A stretch of DNA of 64,000 nucleotides from Octopus sinensis (lineage: Eukaryota): contig NC_042999.1 of assembly GCF_006345805.1 (NCBI RefSeq), positions 115,940,001-116,004,000 on the forward strand, given 5' to 3'. Position 1 is the first letter of the stretch. Each line of letters begins with the position of its first letter. Shown in pieces: positions 14,351 to 28,531 of this stretch. Position numbers and translations under genes: made by a program. The notes beneath the pieces were generated by a model. It saw nothing but the letters and a program-made list of their open reading frames with translations. It had not been told where the DNA came from and searched no databases.

Positions 14351-15949
14351 CTGCAAGAAATTTGACTAAATTTAAGATATGAGCAAATTCAAATGTACAG
14401 TACTAAATACGGATTTAAAAAAAATTCAGTAGATGTACAACAGCTGCAGATTCCAGTTTATTCGATGTTATTTTAGTCATGAGTTTCCTGTAGTGAATTA
14501 GTGAGGCAAAGAGAGAAGACAATACCTATGGCTCTTTACAAAGCCCCGAAAGTGGTGGAGACCTGTCCGAAAATCCTTGCAACAGAGAGGATTCCCTAAA
14601 GGCACATAAGGTGCCAAGTGGTGGTGTTCAACCAGACGACGGAATAAGCCAACTGCTCAAGTAGGTCATGTCGGGATTTAAATTTTGAATACATAGCGTC
14701 AGAGTAAATACCGCAAGGCATTCGGCTGACGTAACAGTTTCGTCAATACCCCGTCCTGGATTGGCACTTTTCCATCGACCCCCGAACGAATGAAAGGTGA
14801 AGCTGACATCGGCAGGATTTGAGTTTAGAGACAAGAGAGTCTAGTTAAATGACGTGAGCCGTTCTCTCCAACAATCTAACGACACTACCCGGAATTCGAT
14901 GAGAATAACGGTCTAATCAGTAAAGGTACGAAAGAGGAGACATCTTGTTCTTTCACGAAGAGAAATTTAAAATCTATTGCGAAAAACCCTGTTCAAAACA
15001 TTAACTACTTAACCTTCTCGATAAATGTTTGTGTGTGTCTGTGTCTATGTAAATGGCTGTACGTGTATTCATATATAGTATACTTTGTGTCTGCATGTGT
15101 GTGTGTATTAGTGTGTGTGAGTGCATTCGCGTGTGCGTGCGTGAATGTGTACATATAGTGTGTCTTGTGTGTACAAGCATAAATACGGCTGCTACTGTTA
15201 CGCTTAGAGATTCACGTAAATCCTCATCATCGACTCTGTTTCCGAATAGTTATTAAACAACTGTTTAGTAATATTACTAATTATATTATACAGACCAAAT
15301 GTAGGAGAAATGATTAAAAACAATGTTATATTATTTGTTCCTACGTACATTTCATTGATATTTGCATTAGATATTCCAAGTGCAATTGGATGATTTACCA
15401 GAACACATCATCAGAGAACACTTTATTGCATTATGTTACAGATAACTAATGTCGTTAGTTGGGTACATGATGAGGTATTTTATAAGTATTTTGAGAGGGA
15501 AGTAGAAAGAAAACTGTGGTTAGAGAAAGATAACGAGGTACGAAGAATCTAGAGAAAAGAAAGAGAAAAGGGAGAGCGAAAAGAAGAAAGAAAGGAAAAA
15601 ACAGAAAATAAAGTGAGAGGGGAAAAAGAGAGAGATGCAAGAAGATAGAAAAAGTTAAGACAAGATTGTAATTAAAGAAAGACAGACTTAGTTGGACTAC
15701 GATGCAAAACACAAAAATGGTCATTCCAATACATTCTTAAATCTGTGTACAAAACCGGAATCTGTCAAAAGTAGCAGACGTTCACTTACACGTGATCAAA
15801 CTGCTTGAAACAAATGAATAAATGTCATCAAGGATACTGTTAATCAACCTTTTGATTACCCGACAGCAGAGCAGCTTGTTGATGTCTATCATAAAAATCA
15901 TACGTACCGACAACGCTACTAAATTATCTGGTGGTATCCGTCTGTAACA

Positions 15950-16335
15950 ATACAACTCAATCAGGGTCCATATAGCCCTTGAGGCTCCATATATGATTTT
16001 TGGGGGTCCACGCAACAAAATAGTAAATTGGGAATCCACAAAAGTATTTTAAAGGCCCCTTATCCGCATATTTTCGCCTATACCCACTCTATTTGATCCG
16101 TCTTATAGCCTCTCTTTACATTGTGAAATGATTCCTGTAAAGATCATCGGTTTCTTTCTCTAATGTTTTTTTATAGTTCAACGTACACAAGTTAGTGTGT
16201 GAAAAAACAAAATAGGAATTTTAATAGAAGTTTCTATAAAACTACTTTTTAAATATCGAATGACTATGGGAGACCACCAGAATAGATTATTAATCAAAGA
16301 GATCTTTAGATAAAATTATGGTTGAGAACCTTTGG
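15950..16335. mobile_element. hAT (Charlie-like) MITE relic
   Basis: Right end GGTTGAGAACCTTTG resembles a CAGTGGTTCTCAACC-type TIR; left end degenerate. Confidence 0.4.
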
Positions 16336-16612
16336 TCAATATGAACGGACGTCATCGATAACACGAGTAACCACGTGACCAACCATACGACCAGTTAAAA
16401 GACACCCATCACCTTTAAATGCTCCAAACCAACAGTTTTCTAACTGACAAATACCAACCCTTCCCTCTCCATTTATTGAGATACAAAATAGAGCTTTTAT
16501 CCAGATAATTCTTTCTTCGCCATTGTTTTGTGAGAAATTTAAAAATCACTTAGTACAATTTAGATAATTTAACCGAAAGAAAAATGTACAGAAATAAAAA
16601 CATATAATAACA

Positions 16613-17374
16613 TTATGTATGCTTATTGATAAGAGCATCCTTTTTAGGTTGAATGTTTAAGACAAGTGGCGTATCACCTTCCATGTATAGACGACTTTTG
16701 AATTTCGTGTTTATTCTAGCTAAAACAGAAAAACCTTTTCTATATGAATACGTTGAACCAAATGGAAATTTGTTTCTGCTCAAATTGCTTTCCTTAAGCA
16801 ATTTGAGCAGAAACAAATTCATTCCAAAATCTTTGGAAATTAAAAAGCTGAAACATTTTCAAAGTATCATCAATTTTCATATCCATACATTCTTCTCTTA
16901 ACTCTTTCGAAACTTTTTTAATATAAAACATAAACAGCTTCCTTACCCAATTATACTTTTTTTTTTATCTTAGTTCTCACAGAAGCATTTATACTTTCTT
17001 GAGGGTACAGAAAAAAATTATCGTAAACTTTTTCTATACCTTCAAGAAAGATATTTTTGGTAGAGTCAGCAATTTCTGCAGCTTCTGAAAAACGCTTGAA
17101 GAGAAAGAAATGACACTTAATTCTTTTTTGATAATTCAGAATATCACTTTCTTCACTAATATTTCTTTTTTGCAGGAACAGTATATCAATTTGAATGTGA
17201 ATGCTCTCCTTGGAGGTACAACAAGTTAAGAGCAATGACTTTATCAACGAAGTCAGTGATATAAGATAAATATATCACAAATCTCCCCTCAGTCACAAAA
17301 TTTATTTTTATGATAAAAGAAAATCCATTATTTCTGCATGAATCTCCAGTACCCCTCCCTGAACTTTTCTGCAA
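16613..17374 (-). pseudogene. Possible hAT transposase relic
   Basis: YLSYITDFVDKVIALNL/YLQG resembles the hAT LNxxLQG motif; fragmented ORFs. Confidence 0.3.
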
Positions 17375-17582
17375 GGCAGCTATTTAGTATTTCAGTGTAA
17401 CAGTAAGATATTCTAAGTAGATCCTACTGTATTACATAATTCAGAGAGTAACCTAACATTTGTTAGATTGGTTTAAATAAACTTGACAATAAGCACAGAT
17501 ATGGCGGTGTGGTTAAGAAGTTCGCTTCACGACCATGTTGTCTCGGGCTCAGTCCCACTGCGCAGCCAGCACCATGGGCAAT

Positions 17583-17625
<43 letters not shown>

Positions 17626-17765
17626 TATATATATACCTATGTGAGTTATTTTCTGAGTATGCATTGTCTGGAGACTTTTATTTGCAGTTGAAGAAATAGC
17701 CAAATTTTTGGCTGCTATTTCTGAAAAGTTCGTTGTGTGGTAAAGTGAATTTTTTTACTTTACCA

Positions 17766-17826
<61 letters not shown>

Positions 17827-18595
17827 CACAGATGAGATCCAAATATTCTCCATATAGAAGACACTTAGCAATGCTCAAAAGATTCAAACTTAGACTCCGA
17901 TGCCTTTACAGGAATCATTTCACAATGTAAAGAGAGGCTATAAGAGGGATCAAATAGATTGGGTATAGACGAAATTATGCGGATAAGAAAATTAGACACG
18001 TCAAATATATTAAATATATTAAATATAGTAAATGTAAAATATGTATGTATGTAAACAGGCAAAACGAGAGAAAGCAAAAAGTAGAAACTTTCAGATGATG
18101 AATTTTTATGTATAAATATATAGTAATTTATCTTAATAGATCCAAATTACACAGAATGCAAAAGACAGAGAAAATTAAAGGGATGGAAGAAAGGTGTTTA
18201 AAGTCCAACAGCTGTTTCTGGAGTTCTGCGATCCATAATAATCTTGGTAGATTTAGTTCATCACATTATTCGGCCGTATTGATGCAACTAACATTGAATG
18301 GGATGATCCTTCTTGATCAGGGTAGAGAAGATCTTACATTTCAGATCGCATTACGGAAAAGTTCCATCTTTGAAATTAATATAAATATCTATATATTTAT
18401 ACATAAAAATTCATATATGTATATACGTATATATGATAGATCGCTAGCCCCTACACATTCTTTATTTTCACTCCCTGTTTCTTTCTGAGTTCATTTCCGT
18501 GGAAGAGAGTAGGCTCGAAACGTTAAAGACATTTCACTTCCCGAGCGTTATACTAATACATCTGTTTGTTGTCTACACTACCTGTCTTCGTTTTT

Positions 18596-18634
<39 letters not shown>

Positions 18635-18773
18635 ATATATATATATATATTATATATATATATATAATATATATAGTGCGCTCTCAAGAATCGAACTGCA
18701 GCTTTTGAGCTGTCAGTGTAACGGACAATCGACGCTGTCTGCATCCATTTTTACACACACACACACACACACA

Positions 18774-19580
18774 CAATCACACGCACGTATACACAAAATC
18801 ATGCAAAACTTGAAAGTAATTTATTTTACACAAAAGCTTAATGTACTTATAATCGATCATAAATTCATATGAAAATAAGTCCCATGGAGTACAGTAATAT
18901 TTTGTGTCTGTTTTAATCTCCGAAGAGAAGAAACTATGACAAGAAACCAATGAATAAATTACATAAAACAAAATAGAAGGAAAATATTGTACGAGAGCAA
19001 AACTGTATTTATCAATTTAATTTATATTTCATTAGTAATGGATTCACTCCAAAGCATCATACATATTCGCATATTTGAGCAGAAGTGACGCAAATACACA
19101 CACACCACACACACATACACACACACACGCACGCACGCTTGCACACACACACACACGTACACACACACACACACCACAATCACACGCACGTATACACAAA
19201 ATCATGCAAAACTTGAAAGTAATTTATTTTACACAAAAGCTTAATGTACTTATAATCGATCATAAATTCATATGAAAATAAGTCCCATGGAGTACAGTAA
19301 TATTTTGTGTCTGTTTTAATCTCCGAAGAGAAGAAACTATGACAAGAAACCAATGAATAAATTACATAAAACAAAATAGAAGGAAAATATTGTACGAGAG
19401 CAAAACTGTATTTATCAATTTAATTTATATTTCATTTAGTAATGGATTCACTCCAAAGCATCATACATATTCGCATATTTGAGCAGAAGTGACGCAAATA
19501 CACACACACACACACACATACACACACACACGCACGCACGCTTGCACACACACACACACGTACACACACACACACACACA
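18774..19580. repeat. Near-identical tandem duplication, ~403-bp unit x2, bounded by (CA)n
   Basis: Units start at 18774 and 19177; the ORF track gives identical peptides 403 bp apart. Confidence 0.9.
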
Positions 19581-19917
19581 CTCATACAGGCACATACATG
19601 TGTGTGTATGTGCATGCGTATATGTACGCAATGTATATGTGTGAATATACATGCGTGTGTATGTGCGCGCGTGCGCATGTGTGTGTGTGTATGTGTGTTA
19701 GACATACGTATGCTTCACTTATTTAAATTTATCTTAGAAACGAGACATTAATCTGAGCGAGATCAAGAAGAAATTCAAAATATACTTATAAAAAAAAAGC
19801 TTTGAATAAATCCAGTTTATGTTGTTTGATTAACTTACGCATTTATGTATGTATGTATTATGTATGTATTATGTATGTATGCATGTATGTATATTAAATA
19901 TATATATAATATATATA

Positions 19918-19967
<50 letters not shown>

Positions 19968-21353
19968 CAAAATGGGACAAGCACGCAAAACATCCAGGCA
20001 GCTAGGTGATACAAAAAGGGACAACAAAAATCCAAATAGACGATACAAAAAAAAACAAGGATGGGTCATTCGAAGCCCTCTATCCTCAGTCAAGCACCAG
20101 ATTATCATCGCAATTTCGGCTGTGTCATGCACTGGTGTGGAGATCAGCTGCCCAGTGGATATAAATGTCTCGTCAAAGATTGTGGAAGAGAACATCTATG
20201 GAGATATAATGAGTGAGAGTTCTCATAAGAGACTATCAATTTTCATTTCCATTATCATAGGGGCATTGGCTTTATAACAGCAGCTCTGCATTGCGGCCTA
20301 GAAATGTTAAGGTTCTTCTAGATTTAAGAAAACTGATTCACATCCTCCAAATATAATCCATTAAAATTTGTAAGACATTTCAGGGATTTTCCATTTGCGT
20401 TTTCTTGGTTGAACATATCTTTTATCATTTATCATTTTACTTGTTTCCGTTATTAGACTGGAGCACCTGCCTGAAGAATTTCTAGTCGAATGCATCGACT
20501 CCGGTATTTTTTATAAACTTGGTACTTACTCTATCGATCTCTTTTGTCGAGCTGCTAGAATACGGGGACATGAACACATTAACATCAGTTGCCAAGCGCT
20601 GGTCGAGATCAAACATTGACACAAATACACACACACACACAAAATATATATAATTTAGATTCAGTTGAATTAAGTATTTAAATTTAGGCACCTTGTTAGG
20701 ACGAACTTATCTGCACTCTCAAACAATATTTGATGAGTATGAAACTCTACATAGACTTTTTTCCACCCGATATTCATGCGTGTATATGATGATGACACGA
20801 TCCAATTTAGTGAATAAATCCGCTCTTGTTTGTTCAGACATGTACTTTATATATTCCAAATTCTTCCAAAGTGCAGATTCCAGGGTAGTTGAGTAAAATA
20901 TGAGTAACAAAGATGTATAAGTGTCAATTCATTACGGCCGTTTCGAGCGACTCCTTTAATTGATCAATGAAAGCATTACATCATTACAAAGAAAACCATT
21001 CTCATTAGATGACCACATAGACCTCAAGCATAAAAGACAAGTTAAATATTTAATCATATTCATATCATCAAAAAAGAGCAAATATTTGCAAAGATTCTGC
21101 TGCTAAATGTTTTGACAGAATGAAAAAAGAACAGTACAGCGACAGATAAGCCAGTAATTAGCATAGGCTAGAGGGGGTGAGAGAGGGATAAATAAGTGTA
21201 GTGACCCCATTATCTACAATCGAAGACAATAGGGAGAAGGTATTCTTTGAAATTAGATCTTTAGGGGGTTATAAATTAATTAGTATCATGACAGACTGTA
21301 CTACTAGCTGAGAAAATTGAACTTTACATCCGGTTATATGAGCAACAAAAGCG

Positions 21354-21690
21354 TGCTCATATAGCCGGATGTGAAGTTCAATTTTTTCAAAAAATAGAAC
21401 GTCTGTCATGATTCTAATTGAACAGGTATACATGGAGACACAACTTGGTCCTTAAGGTTATCTTCAATGCTATAAAGAACCAAATTCGTCTGAACAACAC
21501 TGAGAAGAAACCGTTGAAAATACCAACTAGAGATTTCGTTACCTTCGTGCGCTCCGGTCAGCGGATCCGTTTCAAGAAGAAGAACAAGAAACTTCCTGTG
21601 AAAGATGAAAGTAGAACGGCTATTTGGAGGGGACTGCAGATTTACTTGGGTAAGGAAGTTTGCGGGCTGGAGACAAACATAATGATATGA
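21354..21690 (+). mobile_element. Fragment of an RLE-type (R2/NeSL/CRE-like) non-LTR retrotransposon C-terminus
   Basis: AHIAGC followed by RYTWRHNLVL, the zinc-knuckle/RHN motif preceding restriction-like endonucleases. Confidence 0.65.
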
Positions 21691-21762
21691 ATGACAAATG
21701 AAATGATGAAAAATGAAGGCAACAAGCAACGCCCGCCGATTGCTGTTTACCCGAAAACATTG

Positions 21763-22640
21763 TTTTTTTTTAATGGTTCATACTCGATGCAATAAACCTC
21801 TTACATTTTTTCTATACAAAAACCCTTTATGAAGCAATAAACCTCTTACACAGTTGAATTAAATACAATAATACAATGAAAAACAATAAAAGTGAGGCAC
21901 CAAGCCTCCCACTTTCATTATCAGTTACATGCTCTTCTATCCGACCAGGCTCCTCGCTTCTTCGAAGCATCTAGACGGTTCCAAGCCGGACCACTTTGCC
22001 ATGTATCTAAAGGAGTCCCCTGGGAAGGAATTCACTATCCTGCACAGATCGGTTTCCCATATGACCTCCGCAGCCACCTGCGAAGGCCACTCAGGGTCCT
22101 CCGTGCAGGACAGAAGCTCCTCCCGCCGGCCTTTTCTTTCAAACTTCTTGACAAAGTTTTGTAATGTCCCTTCCTTGTGGAAGGGGACCACAAATTGCTC
22201 CTCCGGTGGAACTACTCCCACCGAAGGAGCTTCAGGACATGCCGCAGTGTGTCACAAACCGCCGGCAATGTCCCCGTTTTTATTTTTTGTCTTCTTTTTC
22301 CTTTGAACCACGGGAGGGTGGTGTTCCTCTGCTTTGTCCAGCAGATCCTCCCTTCCTCCCTCAGCCTTCGGATCCTTCTGTGGGCAAACATTGTTGCCCA
22401 CCTTTCGTTTCTTTCCTTTTTTCGAGGAGGTTTCCACCGCGACTTCCTCCTTCTCTCCCTCCAACGAGGGAGCAGGTGGTGGTACTTCTATTAACTGCTC
22501 CAGGACCCTATTTTGTTCCTTGGGGCAGTTCTTCTTGATATGACCGGGTCCCATGCACAGGAGACACTTGGCGGGGCATATCCAGACATTTATCGTATTA
22601 TTAAACTTTCTCAGTAGAGTATGGTATTTTCCCATACGTG
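21763..22640 (-). mobile_element. ORF1/gag-only retroposed element (L1/Tx1 ORF1-like, HAL1-like), 5' truncated
   Basis: One frame 22635-21937 with a single internal TGA; CX2CX4HX4C knuckle CLLCMGPGHIKKNC; GC-rich; short 3' UTR then A9 at 21771-21763. Confidence 0.6.
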
Positions 22641-22960
22641 TCAGACTTTAACGTGACTGAGAGATATGACGAGATGGAAAGATTTAACACTGTTGAGCGT
22701 GACTTTTGTAAAATGGACAAGCTAAGAAGGGTGTTTCGATATGGTTTCTCAATCTGATAGAAATATCAGTGAAATTTCTCGCGAATCATTGCCTAGCATT
22801 TTCAAGAGGAAGTGCACATCAGATAATGCAAACTCAGATGCATTATGTCTGAATGACAGATGGAACCGTCTCGGTTGGAATGCCTTTGAAAATAGGTCTG
22901 CTGAATCATGGCTACCTGGGCGTGGCATGCTAAATAAGAACAGCAGCAGCAGCAGCAGTT

Positions 22961-22993
<33 letters not shown>

Positions 22994-24019
22994 CCAACAA
23001 CAACAGTAGCAATAGCAACAACATTGAAAGTGACTATGTTGCTGGCAGTTTTTAGATCCAATTGTTCCGAGAAACGAGAATGGTCTGTTGCATTATATGT
23101 TTGGTGTATCTCGCTTTCTCGGGAAATATTTCTACTCGGTTTGATAACAACAAAATGATTTGTTAATTTTGTCTTAAATCACCATAAGGATTTCTTTCTT
23201 TCTTTCTTTCGCTTGTTCACCTGCTCGTATATCAATGAAATAGCCAGTAGAGATACCTCCTGCTTCTTCGATGTAAGTAAACATATCAATGTCTACAGGA
23301 TTTTTATGCTTTACTTAATCTGTTGTTTTACTGGTTGGAAGAAAAACTGTTAATATCTCGATGTTATCAAATCTGAAACTTGGTCAAATTGCTTCTACAA
23401 AGTTGACTTTGCTAAAGTGCAGACAAGGAGAAATACATTAGTGCTAACAGGTAACTTGATAAGTCTACTATCCAGTATAAAAGTTATATTTGGTATCATT
23501 TATCAGAAGTGCATACTTCTGTACACAGCTTTAGGCTGAAATTTGTTCTTACAATTGTTTTAGAGTGTTGTTTCTTTTCAAAACATTTCACTATTAAGTT
23601 CAACTATGTGACTGTGAGGTGTCGTAGGTAGAGTTCTGGTGTAGAAAGGTAATAAAATGTTGATTAATCCCAAGTTAGCTTTTCAGACAAGACCCTCACA
23701 TCTTTTATTTAAACATGGTATATTTACGATTAATCAATGTTTGCTTCCGTTTTCATTATGGTAGGTTGTGATGTGAAATAAATTTAACTGCTATTTTTAG
23801 TACGTCGAATGACTGCAAAAAGATTGTCTCGTTAACTCGTACAAGAACTTATTAAGAACAGAAAATTCTTACCATTTTTAAGCGCAATAAATGATAAATT
23901 TTAAACATACTCTCATCTTTGTTCATTAATGTAATTTCCATTGTTTTCTATGCCTCCTAGCAGGCAATTTAAATATTCCATAGGCACAAAACTGAGATGC
24001 TTTTAAGAAAAAGAAGTAA

Positions 24020-25092
24020 ATTTAAGTGGGTTTTGACACCATCAAAATCATTAAATGATTTTCCTTTTGAAGAGTTCTGAAGAGACTTAAACAAATGATA
24101 GTCAGATGGCGCAATGTCAGGGGAGTATGGTGGATGAGGCAAGGAATCCCACCCAAGTTCATGCGACGTTGTTCGGGTAGACAAAGACACATGTGGTCGG
24201 GCATTGTCCTGGTGGAACACAACTGCTTTCTTTTTGTAGAGCGCTGGTTCCAATTCCTTGATCTTTTGATTCAAATTTGCTAGCTAATGGCAGTAGAATC
24301 AGAATTGTTGATCTCATTTTGTGAGAATAGCTCAGTAAATAATACCTTCGAAACCCCACCAGACAAAGCATGACTTTTTTTGAATAAATATTCTGCTTTG
24401 GAAGCAAATTTCGAGGATCCTCGCGCAAACTCCAGAATCTTTTTCTCACCATATTATCGTAAGTAATCCATTTTTCATCTCCAATTATCAGTTACTTCAA
24501 GAAAGGCTTGTTTTCATTGTGTTTCAGAAGCATATCACAGATGGAATACAGGACCAAGCAGTTTTGTTCTGACAGTTTGTGAGGCACCCAAACATAATAG
24601 CGAGGAACATACCCAATTTTTGCCAAGTGTTCATGAATGGTACTTGTGGAAACCTCCAGCTTCTCTGCAAGTTCTCTAGTCGTAATATTCGAGTTTTTTC
24701 TTCAATGCTTACCTTCAAAATATTCCACAGTGATTGTCATTTTCAAGCTGAACTCACCACGTCTAAATTTTGCAAGCCATCTTCGAACTGTTGAATCGCT
24801 TACAGCATCTTCGCCATAAACTCCACAAATTATTTTACACGTTTCCGTAGTATTTTCACCATTTTTTGAAGAAGAAAAGCATTATGTGGCGAATATACAA
24901 CTTTCGGTTATTCGTTTCAAATGGTAATTAGGGTTGAAAGGAGTAAAACGTATGCTGATTCTTAACGTAGAGCTTAGCCGATGGGCTTCAATACTGCAAG
25001 CAATTCTGAAATATGAATCATTAGGATTGTTGCATGAAGGGCTAAAAGACACAAATCCTGAAATCGCTCCGAACTTTCCGGACAACCTAATA
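24020..25092 (-). mobile_element. mariner (DD34D) transposon, degraded, 3' end missing
   Basis: TIR TATTAGGTTGTCCGGAAAGTTCGG at 25092; motifs YDN, HQDNARPH, HPPYSPDIAPSDYHLF. Confidence 0.9.
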
Positions 25093-27399
25093 TGAACGTT
25101 GCAGGTTTTGGCGAGTGTTATTTTTGTTACTATTGCTTTTGTATAACCCAAGGTTAGCCCAGATCGAGCAGATCTGCGATTGGAAGCAATCCAAACGTAA
25201 ATATCCCATGTTTTTTTATTTTTAATCTATGACTACGTTACCTAATGTATCTCTCAATTTTCAATCAAGATAGTAGAATGTAATTTGAGAAAATTTGGAT
25301 ATTATTTATAGCAGATCAAATAACTACGCGTAAGCTCTCTCATTTGGCAAAGATGGCAAGCGTTGTTAATGTAGTTAGAAATGTGAATGAGTGAATATAC
25401 ATACAGCAGTTTGTGACGTTGTAATTAATTTGGAACATCTGCCAGAGGTTAAGCATCTCATATAACTAAATAATTTCTAACATTCATATTATAATCTGTA
25501 TGCTGGTTTTATTAAAAGGTCCACAATTGCTGAAACCCTTTCTAGCTGTTATTTAGAAATGTCTTAAAGGGAAGCTCTTGTTATTTGTATAGTGTGGCAA
25601 AATTATATCATTATACTGCATGTTTGGTGACTTAACCAGTGATGGTCTTAATTGAATAATACAAAAAGTGGATTAATACTGAAATTAGGTATTTCGTATA
25701 GATAGATGTGAATAGGATGAATGGAACGAGATTTTAGCTGAGCTGCGCCAATAAAAACTTTCAAGCATTAAATTAAATTAAATATTGGCAAGCAGATATA
25801 CGATAAATCATTCGGGAACGATGTTCATCGAAAGTTAATAGTTAGGATCGCATTGATTTCTTTTAATCGGACATAAGACCTACTAATTTATGGAATACTT
25901 ATGGTTTGATTGCATCGGCTACTATATAGCTGTTATTCTATCGACTTCCCATCTCCACTGCACGCCAATAGGAAGAAAGGCTGATAGCGAATTCGGCAAG
26001 GTTTAAATTCATGATGTAAGTGGTCTTAACTGAATACTGTAAGGCATTTAATTTGGCAATCTACCGTTTCTTTCTAGGCGGCGATTTGCCTCAGTCGATA
26101 GGGCAGCAAGCAAAATGCTTTGCTACATTTATAGTGGCTCTTTGCATTCTGATTTCAAATTCGGCTGAGGTCAACTTCGCATTTCATCCTTCTGGGTTTG
26201 ATCAAATAAAGTACCCATCTAGAAGTTTGAACTGGTGGAATAGATAATGCATCAGATGAGATGTTTTGTTGTATTTATTACGGCTTTTTCCTTTCTAAGT
26301 TAAAATCTCATCGCTCGCTTAGCACCACCAGCTGGCTTTTGTGTACCTTTAACATAAGAGTCCGCTCTGTTTCTAGCATTCGAGCCGGATCTCTGGTCTG
26401 AAGCTACCATCCTTCTTCCCTTCCACTAGTCTCAGAAGTCATAAAAAATTATGGGCAGGGCCCTTCCTCCTGACTAAGTGTTAAAAAAAGCTAAATCACT
26501 GAAGAGTCAGCAATGCATTTCATACTCATGCAAAAAAAATTCATATTTATGGAAGAACATAAGATAGCGTGATTTTATACATTTCTCAAAAACATTAGCG
26601 GTATAAGTGAAGTGAATGTACTTCAATCAGGAATCATCGAAATCACAGAACAAATTTATGTCAAAATAAATACCTGGATAGCAGAATCGATAGAGTGTCA
26701 GACACAACTCCTAAAAATATTTTATTATAGGTTGCTGATTTTGTCTTCCAGTGTTATTGAGGCGATAGAATATAAACTAGAAAAGTGTTGGTATCTACTT
26801 ATTCGGCTGCATTACAAGAACGAAATTTATAGACATTGTGTTTATGCTAAAAGTCCTGATATTAATTAATACCTAAAACTTGCTTATACTTAATATAACT
26901 AATTTGTTGTCTGTGTTTGTTTCACGGAAAGAAATATTTGTTTGAAGAGGGAAAAGATTTAGTCATGTGAATTATATGCCTGCTTATTTATTCAGTTGTT
27001 TTATAGGACATTTCTTTTACTGCTTCGATAGTAAAGTATGTATTATATATTAGGACTTTTCGTTTTCTTTTTATAGGATTTGTAAATAGAAGATTCAAAG
27101 TTGACGTCAAGGAAGTTAACTGTTTAAGATGTGTGGCAGCTATAACAGAATATCGAAGCACTTGGATTCTCTGTTTGTAAAGAAGAGCTATAATTTTCTT
27201 AAATCTGTTTTTTTTTAATTTTTAAATTTTATTTTATTTATTTTTTTGTCCGTTGACGTTTCTGAGAAGTATCTATCAGGTTACCTATACAGAGATCACT
27301 TGACAGAACGAAGAATTTTGTGTGTACGACAATGTCGCTAACCTCTTTGATCTCATGCTAACATCAAAGGATTCTTTAGAGTTTTTCTTAATACAATCA

Positions 27400-27513
27400 T
27401 ATGGTTCCGGGTTCAGTTCCACTCTATGACACCTTTGGCAAGTAGCTTCTACTATAACCTCGGGTCTACGAAAACCTTGTGAATGGATTTGCTAAACGGA
27501 AACTGAAGGAAGG

Positions 27514-27548
<35 letters not shown>

Positions 27549-27556
27549 ATATATAT

Positions 27557-27644
<88 letters not shown>

Positions 27645-28360
27645 ATTCTTTTATTCTTTTACTTGCTTCAGTCATTTGACTGCGGCCATGCTGGATCACC
27701 GCCCTTAGTCGAACAAATTGACCCCAAGACTTATTCGTTGTAAGCCTGGTACTTATTCTATCGGTTTTCTTTTTCCTCTAGGTTACGGGGACGTAAACAC
27801 ACCAACATCGGTTGTCAAGCGATGGCTGAGGACAAACGCACAAATATATATATATATATATATGTACGACGGGCTTCTTTTAGTTTCCTTCTACCAAATC
27901 CACTCACAAGACTTTGGTCGGTCCGAGGCTATAGTAGAAAATACTTGTCCAAAGTGCCACATAGTGGGACTGTACCCGGAACCATGAGGTTGGGAAGAAA
28001 GCTTCTTACCACACAACCACGTCTGCGCCTACTTGCTTCAATCATTAGACTACATCCATGTTGGACACCGGCTTGAACAATTTTTAGTCGAATGACACGA
28101 CCTCCAGTACTTATTGTGTCTGTGAAAGTGTGTGTGCCCGCGCCCATGTGCACTTGTCTTTGTGTCTGTGTTTGACCTCCACCACCACTTGACAACCGGT
28201 GTTCGTGTGTTAACGTTCCCATAACTTAGCAGGTTAGCGAAAGAGACCGATAGAATAAGTACCGGATTTAAATAAATATAAGTTCTGGGGTCGATTCGTT
28301 CGGCTAAAATTCTACCCAGCACTGCTGCACACTGATAACTGAAACAAGTAAAAGATAAAA
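27400..28360. mobile_element. Cluster of SINE family A copies (+ head, full minus copy ~27650-28035, + tail) with (CTAT)n
   Basis: Homology to 8455-8865 in both orientations. Confidence 0.8.
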
Positions 28361-28479
28361 GATAAGGATAGATACTGTGTAGAACAGTATAACATGTGTG
28401 TGTATATAATTAAAATTATATAATAATGATTTATTTTATTTGCCACCAGGGCGATAATAATATAATGATATATAATATA

Positions 28480-28531
<52 letters not shown>

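Noticed and set aside
18495-18530. Hammerhead-like GGAAGA-GAGTAGGCTC-GAAACGTT
   Set aside because: Core 5' strand mutated and stem I unconvincing; probably a decayed PLE end
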